In this document: positions 58,900 to 64,000 of the stretch, piece by piece
How positions within the stretch are numbered: the stretch's first letter is position 1
Layout: each line of letters starts with the position of its first letter
Origin: Coriobacteriia bacterium
GTDB taxonomy: Bacteria > Actinomycetota > Coriobacteriia > Anaerosomatales > SLCP01
Direction: 5' to 3'
DNA length: 64,000 bases
Assembly: GCA_019429145.1 (NCBI GenBank)
Contig: JAHYJI010000003.1
Span: 47 to 64,046, forward strand
Notes under the pieces: generated by a model
Database searches by the model: none
What the model saw: the letters and a program-made list of their open reading frames with translations, nothing else
What the model was told of the DNA's origin: nothing
Made by a program: the position numbers and the translations under genes

Positions 58900-60605
58900 C
58901 GATCCTGCCTGTCTGGATGGCTCTCGCTGCCGCGCTCGTTCCGCTCCTGGTAGCGGCGGGATGCGCGCTTCCCTCGACCCGGATCTCGGCCCGACGGGCG
59001 CTCCCGTTCGCAGCGTTGCCCGCGCTGGCGGCAGCCGCGCTCGTTCCCGAGGGCTCCGTCAGCGTCGACTGGCTCATGACCGGCGTACTGGTCGACCTCG
59101 ACGCCACGGGCCGGGTCTTCCTCGCGCTCTCGGCTGTGGTGTGGACGGCCGCCGCGCTGTACGCGCCGCCGCGCGCCTCATCGCGCCCGACCTGGTTCGC
59201 GGGCTGGTTTGCGCTTGCGATGGCCGGCAACCTCGCCCTGTGCTGCGTCACCGACCCGGCAGCGTTCTACACGTTCTTCGCGATGATGGCGCTCTCGACG
59301 TACGCGCTCGTGTCCTCCGGGGGCGACCGCAGCGCAGGCCGTGCGTACATGGCCTTCACCGTCGTGAGCGAGGCCTTCCTCGTCGGCGGTCTCTTCGTCG
59401 CAGGGGCGGCTGCGTTCGGTGTCGATCCCGGCCCGGTGCTCGGGCCGGTCGGCATAGGTCTGGTGCTTGCCGCGTTCGGTACCAAGATCGGCGCGGTGGG
59501 CCTGCACGGCTGGATGCCGGTCAGCTACGCAGCCGCCCCCACCGCCGTGGCTGCCGCGCTCGCCGGCTCGATGAGCAAGGCAGGCGTCCTCGGCTTGGTG
59601 CGCTTCCTGCCCGCCGGGCAGGAAGCGGGGATCGCGTTCGGGCCGGTAGTGATCGCGTTCGGCCTCGCGGCGGCGTTCTACGGCGCGGCGGTCGGTGTCA
59701 CGCAGACGCGGCCCAAGGTGGTGCTGGCGTACTCGAGCATCAGCCAGTTCGGTCTGATCACCGCTGCGCTCGGAGTGGGTCTTGCCGAGCCGGTCGCGTG
59801 GCTTCTTGCCGTAGCGGCCGCAACCGCCTACTCGGTGCACCACGGGCTCGCGAAGGCCGCACTCTTCATCGGCGAGGACATCGCCCGACGCGCCCGGTCC
59901 TCCCGCCTGGCCCTGCTCGGGCTGGCACTGCCCTCCCTGGCCCTGGCGGGTGCGCCACTGACGAGCGGCGCGGTTGCGAAGCTGGTGCTCAAGGAGGCCA
60001 CGGGTCTTGCGCCCGGCCCCTGGCACGATGCTCTCGAGATGCTCCTGCCGCTCGCCGCAGTCGGAACGACGCTGCTCGTGGCGCGATTCCTGTATCTGGT
60101 CGCGACCAGGCGTGCTCCGGCGCATACCGGGACCGAGGTGGACACCCCGACGCCGCAGCGTGTGATCGTGTGGCTGCTTCTGCTCGCGGCTGTTGCCGTG
60201 ACCCTCTGGGTCTGGCCAGAGACCGGGATCCGGTACGCAGCCGAGAAGTCACTCACCGCTCACTACCTCTGGGTGGCGAGCTGGCCTGTGCTTGCCGGCA
60301 TCGTCGCGGCCGCTGCGGTATGGGCCGCCGGGAGCGCGATGAGCCGCTTCGCCGGAGTGCTTCCCCCGTCAGACATCTACGCGCCTGTCCTCGCGTGGGC
60401 CGACCGCCTCGTCGAGCGCCGGGAGAAGGCGGTTCACGCAACGCCAGCAGCCTCAGCGCCTGTCGTGTCGCCAGCCGGCAAGCGAGGCCGGGCGCTCCTC
60501 GAGTACGCCGGGGCGCTGGAGACCGGCCTGTTGGCCTGGGCAACGGCGGCCTCGGCCATAGGCGCGCTTACCGTGCTGCTCCTCCTGCTTGCGATGCGTG
60601 GCTAA
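58881..60605 (+). CDS. Antiporter-like subunit (NuoL/MnhA-like), copy 3
   Basis: 574 aa with LHGWMPVSYAAAPTAVAAALAGSMSKAGVLG and VVLAYSSISQFG. The start may be ATG 58893 (ATGGTGA overlap). Confidence 0.8.
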   Translation: MGVPMVTILPVWMALAAALVPLLVAAGCALPSTRISARRALPFAALPALAAAALVPEGSVSVDWLMTGVLVDLDATGRVFLALSAVVWTAAALYAPPRASSRPTWFAGWFALAMAGNLALCCVTDPAAFYTFFAMMALSTYALVSSGGDRSAGRAYMAFTVVSEAFLVGGLFVAGAAAFGVDPGPVLGPVGIGLVLAAFGTKIGAVGLHGWMPVSYAAAPTAVAAALAGSMSKAGVLGLVRFLPAGQEAGIAFGPVVIAFGLAAAFYGAAVGVTQTRPKVVLAYSSISQFGLITAALGVGLAEPVAWLLAVAAATAYSVHHGLAKAALFIGEDIARRARSSRLALLGLALPSLALAGAPLTSGAVAKLVLKEATGLAPGPWHDALEMLLPLAAVGTTLLVARFLYLVATRRAPAHTGTEVDTPTPQRVIVWLLLLAAVAVTLWVWPETGIRYAAEKSLTAHYLWVASWPVLAGIVAAAAVWAAGSAMSRFAGVLPPSDIYAPVLAWADRLVERREKAVHATPAASAPVVSPAGKRGRALLEYAGALETGLLAWATAASAIGALTVLLLLLAMRG

Positions 60606-60620
60606 GCGGTAGCCCGGGCG

Positions 60621-60950
60621 TTACGCTCTCTTCCGAAGCTCGCGCATCGCGTCGCTGCCGACCCAACGTGTGCTGCGTACCGTTGAGTGAGAGAGGTCCT
60701 CGGCGATCGCGAGCGCCTGCCTGTGGAGCGAGCCCCCGCGCTTGCCGATCTGCCGCAGCGCCCAGTTGACTCCCTTGGACACCATCGGTCGCTCGTCGGC
60801 CGCTCCCTCCGGGATCAGCCGCAGCAGCGCGGCGAAGCTCCTCGAGGAGCTTGGCGCACGCCTGTTTCGCCTCCACGCGGCCTCGCTCTCGTGAATCGTC
60901 GCTGCGGTCGGGAATGAATGTACCCATGGGGCGCACGTGGGCCCGGTAGC
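60621..60950 (-). pseudogene. Truncated remnant of a HEAT-repeat DNA alkylation repair (AlkD-like) gene
   Basis: Own translation of the minus strand: ...FAALLRLIPEGAADERPMVSKGVNWALRQIGKRGGSLHRQALAIAEDLSHSTVRSTRWVGSDAMRELRKRA*. This matches only the C-terminal ~100 aa of that family. There is no start codon, and no room for the N-terminal ~130 aa. Confidence 0.45.
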
Positions 60951-60974
60951 CCTGTTTCCTGCCGAGGAGGATGT

Positions 60975-61784
60975 ATGGCGACGCTTTCGCTTCCCGACGC
61001 ACCCGTCGAGCGCTGGCTCGAGGCCGCTCGCGAACGCCGGTCAAGGCGCTCCTTTGACGGGACGAAGGTGAGCACCGAGCACGCATCGGCTCTCGGCGAA
61101 GCATGCGCGCTGATGCGACCCTCGCCCTCGGCTCGCGCGGTGTTCGAGACCGACGTGTCAGAGGACATCTTCAAGGGGATCGTCGGCTCGTACGGCAAGG
61201 TGACAGGGGCCTCCTCGGCGCTGCTGTTCGTCGCAAGTGCCGACTCGTCGCAAGCGCTGGCCGCTGTCGGCTACACGGGCGAAGCGCTCATCCTCGAGGC
61301 TACTGCCCTCGGACTGGGCACGTGCTGGGTGGGGGGCATGTTCGATGGCAAGCTCGCCCGAAAGACCGCCGGACTGGTCAACGGGGAGAAGGTCTTTGCT
61401 GTAAGTCCCGTGGGACAGCCGCTGCAGAAAGTCTCGACGACCGAGCGGATCGTGTATGGGATGCGAAAGCCCAAGCCCCGCAAGCCGTCCGAGCAGATCG
61501 CGCCCGACTTGAACGCTCCGGGCTGGCCGACGTGGGCCCGGCCGGGCGTGGAGTCGGCGAGAATCGCGCCTTCGGCTCACAACCGCCAGCCGTGGCGGTT
61601 CCGTGTCGAGGGGGGAGCGGTCGTCGTCTCCTTCGACGGCCCCGACACGCCGATCGTGTCCAAGCGGCTCGATTGCGGGATCGCGATGCTACACTTCGAG
61701 CTTGCGGTGCGAGCCGCGGGCGCATCGGGCTCGTGGGAACTGCTCGAGCACCGCTCCGACGTCGCTCGCTTCACTCTCGGCTAG
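60975..61784 (+). CDS. Nitroreductase family protein
   Basis: ATG 60975 after GAGGAGG: MATLSLPDAPVERWLEAARERRSRRSFDG..., later IAPSAHNRQPWRF. Confidence 0.8.
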   Translation: MATLSLPDAPVERWLEAARERRSRRSFDGTKVSTEHASALGEACALMRPSPSARAVFETDVSEDIFKGIVGSYGKVTGASSALLFVASADSSQALAAVGYTGEALILEATALGLGTCWVGGMFDGKLARKTAGLVNGEKVFAVSPVGQPLQKVSTTERIVYGMRKPKPRKPSEQIAPDLNAPGWPTWARPGVESARIAPSAHNRQPWRFRVEGGAVVVSFDGPDTPIVSKRLDCGIAMLHFELAVRAAGASGSWELLEHRSDVARFTLG

Positions 61785-61798
61785 AGCTCGGAGGTCAT

Positions 61799-62719
61799 GT
61801 GGACCAGCACTCCTGGCGTCGCGAGCCGGCGACCTGGGCTGCCATCATCGTCGCGCTCCTGTTGTGGGCCTCGGCGTTCGCCGGGATCCGCGCCGGGCTC
61901 GAATCCTACGGGCCGGGACAGGTCGCGCTGTTGCGCTTCGGCACCGCATCGGTGGTCTTTCTCGCGTGGGCGACACTCACCCGCATGCGTCTCCCGGACG
62001 CGCGGGACGTCCCGCGCATCGTGCTCGCCGGGCTGCTCGGGATCACCATCTATCACGTCGCGCTCAACTACGGTGAGGTCACGGTCACCGCAGGGGCTGC
62101 CAGTCTCATCATCTCGGCGAGCCCGATCATCACCGCTCTGCTCTCGACCGCGTTTCTGCGTGAGCGCCTGAGCGTCTTGGGCTGGGTCGGGATCGTGGTA
62201 TCTTTCGCGGGCGTCGCCCTCATATCGCTCGGCGAGGGTGGCGATCTCGCCTTCGAGCCCGGGGCGGCCCTCGTGTTGCTCTCGGCCGTTGCGACCTCGG
62301 TCTACTTCATCGTGTCGAAGCGACCGCTTCGCCGATACACGGCACTGGAGTTCACCTCGTACGCCATCTGGGCGGGAACCGTCCCGATGCTCGTCTTCGC
62401 TCCCGGACTCGTGACTCAGATGGCCGGGGCCACTCCCGCCGCCACCTGGGCGGTGGTCTACCTCGGTGTCTTTCCCGGGGCGGTGGCCTACGTCCTGTGG
62501 TCCTACGCGCTCGCGCGGATGCCCGCCACGGCGCTCTCCACGTTCCTCTACTTCCAACCGGTGAACGCGATCGTCATCGCATGGCTGTGGCTCGGCGAGG
62601 TCCCCGCACTGCTGGCGCTCGTCGGAGGGGTCATATCGCTTGCCGGTGTCGCCGTCGTCAACGTGCGTGGCGTAGCCTCGAAGCCGGGGTCGGTCGCTAC
62701 CAGCCCGCGTTCCACATAA
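61799..62719 (+). CDS. EamA/DMT-family transporter
   Basis: GTG 61799 after GGAGG. 306 aa with ten predicted TM helices in two EamA halves (WAAIIVALLLWASAFAGIR...; PGAALVLLSAVATSVYFIV...). Upstream ORF codons overlap the nitroreductase gene and were discarded. Confidence 0.85.
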   Translation: MDQHSWRREPATWAAIIVALLLWASAFAGIRAGLESYGPGQVALLRFGTASVVFLAWATLTRMRLPDARDVPRIVLAGLLGITIYHVALNYGEVTVTAGAASLIISASPIITALLSTAFLRERLSVLGWVGIVVSFAGVALISLGEGGDLAFEPGAALVLLSAVATSVYFIVSKRPLRRYTALEFTSYAIWAGTVPMLVFAPGLVTQMAGATPAATWAVVYLGVFPGAVAYVLWSYALARMPATALSTFLYFQPVNAIVIAWLWLGEVPALLALVGGVISLAGVAVVNVRGVASKPGSVATSPRST

Positions 62720-63134
62720 GCAGCACGGAGGCGACCCAGACCGCTGCCTGCACCACCGTGCCGGGCACCGGCGGTGCCGAGCCGTGCGGGAATCCGCTCC
62801 AGTGACTCGGGAAGATCCTGGTCCTGCGCTCGCCCGACCACAGCGCGTCGAGCACATCGAGGTCCGGGAGGGCAGAGACCGCCCCGGCGAGAAGAACCGC
62901 CCACGAGGCGTCGCCGAGCGTGGCTGCCCATATCAGCAGTGCGGCCGTGGCTCCCACGTCACCGAGCGACCAGATCACGCGGTGGCGGGTTCGCACGTAG
63001 TCCCAGTGCGGAACCATGTCGAGCAGGACATGCAGGAGGAGTGCGGCGGCAACCACCGCCCACACCGGGGCGCCCCGCTGGCCGAGTACCGCGCCGAGCG
63101 CCATGCCCGTAAGCGCGTGCGTGATCACCCACAT
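62697..63134 (-). CDS. Membrane-bound metal-dependent hydrolase-like protein (YdjM/DUF457-like)
   Basis: 145 aa: MWVITHALTGMALGAVLG..., HVLLDMVPHWDY. Four hydrophobic segments. Family assignment is from motif memory only. Confidence 0.55.
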   Translation of the reverse strand: MWVITHALTGMALGAVLGQRGAPVWAVVAAALLLHVLLDMVPHWDYVRTRHRVIWSLGDVGATAALLIWAATLGDASWAVLLAGAVSALPDLDVLDALWSGERRTRIFPSHWSGFPHGSAPPVPGTVVQAAVWVASVLLMWNAGW

Positions 63135-63144
63135 GCCGGTTGCC

Positions 63145-64000
63145 TCATGAGCGCGTGAGCGTCACGCGGAGTCGCCATGCGCCCAGTGCGTAGACCACGA
63201 CGGCGAAGGCGGAAAGCACGCCCAGCTCCGGCAGGATGTCGGCGATAGTGCCCCCGTGCAGGATGAGCGTCTCGAAGGCCTCGATGCCCCAGGCGTGCGG
63301 GGTGATGTGCGCGATGCGGTACAGGGTGGGCGAGAACATCTCCATGACGGTGAGCGGCACCATCGCGCCGCCGAACGCGCCAAGAGCGATTCCGAGCACC
63401 ACGCCGATCCCGCCGGCCTGCTGCTCGTTGCGCAGCAGCGAGCCCATGAGCATCGCCGTGCCCGATGCGCCGAGCGCGAAGATGAGGAAGATCGCCGCGG
63501 CACCGAGCGGGTCGCCCCATCGCACGCCGAAGACGAGCGAGGAGCCGAGCATGATGAAGAGCCCCTGCACCAGTGCCACGGCGAACCGGGCCGCCGCTTC
63601 GCCGAAGAGTATCGTGCGCACGGGAGTGGGCGACGCGAGCATGCGCGACGCGATCCCGAGTCGTCTGGTTTCGATGAGCGCGGTCGAGCCGGTCATGGAC
63701 GTGAGGAACACGAAGAGCAGCAGCTGGGAGTAGGCGCCCAGCTCGAACTGCCCCATGCTCTGGAAGGGCGAGATCTCGCCCACGGCCTCGGTCTCCACCG
63801 TCAGACTGCGCGCGCCGCCTGCGACCTCCCCGGCGACCTCCAGCGCCTCGGCCGGGGACGCATCGGTGAACTCACCTGCGAGCGCAGCCGCTCGCAGCAG
63901 CGAGCCCTGCTCGACAACGACCGACTCGATCGCGTTGCGGATCGCCTGTGCGGAGGCATCGGGGCGGGCGACGAACTCGATCGTCACTTCATCGCCGGCG
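63145..64000 (-). CDS. ABC-2-type transporter permease (partial, continues beyond the right edge)
   Basis: The C-terminal 280+ aa carry six hydrophobic segments (LLLFVFLTSMTGSTALI..., IFLIFALGASGTAMLMG...). The frame stays open to position 64000 (..AGDEVTIEF..). Confidence 0.7.
   Translation of the reverse strand, partial: AGDEVTIEFVARPDASAQAIRNAIESVVVEQGSLLRAAALAGEFTDASPAEALEVAGEVAGGARSLTVETEAVGEISPFQSMGQFELGAYSQLLLFVFLTSMTGSTALIETRRLGIASRMLASPTPVRTILFGEAAARFAVALVQGLFIMLGSSLVFGVRWGDPLGAAAIFLIFALGASGTAMLMGSLLRNEQQAGGIGVVLGIALGAFGGAMVPLTVMEMFSPTLYRIAHITPHAWGIEAFETLILHGGTIADILPELGVLSAFAVVVYALGAWRLRVTLTRS

Noticed and set aside
58826-60769. 647-aa alternative-frame ORF over the third antiporter-like gene
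   Set aside because: It is extremely Arg/Gly/Pro-rich with no TM segments, whereas the 574-aa frame has the NuoL/MnhA motifs.
60568-61198. Minus-strand ORFs of 178 aa (60568-61104) and 127 aa (60815-61198)
   Set aside because: They have low-complexity, Arg-rich sequence. They overlap the AlkD-like remnant frame and the nitroreductase gene.
61103-61798. N-terminal 232 codons of the 538-aa ORF 61103-62719 (+)
   Set aside because: They overlap the nitroreductase gene in another frame and are Arg-rich. EamA-type TM helices begin only after GTG 61799.

Overview
High-GC bacterial chromosome segment spanning the replication-origin neighbourhood, with the gene order typical of Actinomycetota. Left part, mostly minus strand: addA (partial), addB, ytxH-like, parB, parA, rsmG with two parS sites, a 460-bp unassigned non-coding gap, then jag, yidC, yidD, rnpA and rpmH. 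Origin part, plus strand: a DnaA-box cluster, an extra GHKL/wHTH gene fused onto dnaA, dnaA, a second DnaA-box cluster with an AT-rich tract, dnaN, recF, DUF721 (DciA), gyrB, a small membrane ORF and gyrA. These are followed by a HAD hydrolase, a MacAB-like efflux trio, a bifunctional-nuclease-family gene and tRNA-Ile(GAU). The tRNA-Ile 3' end is repeated imperfectly 11.2 kb downstream. The repeats bracket an integrase-less island, which I consider the most interesting system in the window. It encodes a 1,721-aa secreted DUF11/Kelch adhesin, three TasA/camelysin-like 'SipW-cognate' subunits, a SipW-type signal peptidase, an LLRTG-anchored DUF11 protein and a sortase. I read this as a candidate wall-anchored fibre machine. 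Further right lie a fatty-acid modification cluster (FAD oxidoreductase, DUF1365, CFA synthase, SDR, DUF1295), a second SDR, VapBC and a 2,938-aa cyclic beta-1,2-glucan synthase-type protein. Next comes a membrane-anchored rhodanese-thioredoxin fusion whose CxxC nucleophile codon is an in-frame TGA followed by a SECIS-like hairpin, making it a candidate selenoprotein. It sits behind a CsoR/CstR-like palindromic operator. A 537-bp hairpin-rich non-coding region, tRNA-Ala(UGC) and a nine-gene, fully translationally coupled Mrp/Mbh-order antiporter operon follow. The window ends with an AlkD-like gene remnant, a nitroreductase, an EamA transporter, a DUF457-like gene and a partial ABC-2 permease. 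No rRNA, CRISPR array or intact transposase or integrase was seen. All calls rest on reading the sequence and ORF translations by eye; no database search was run.
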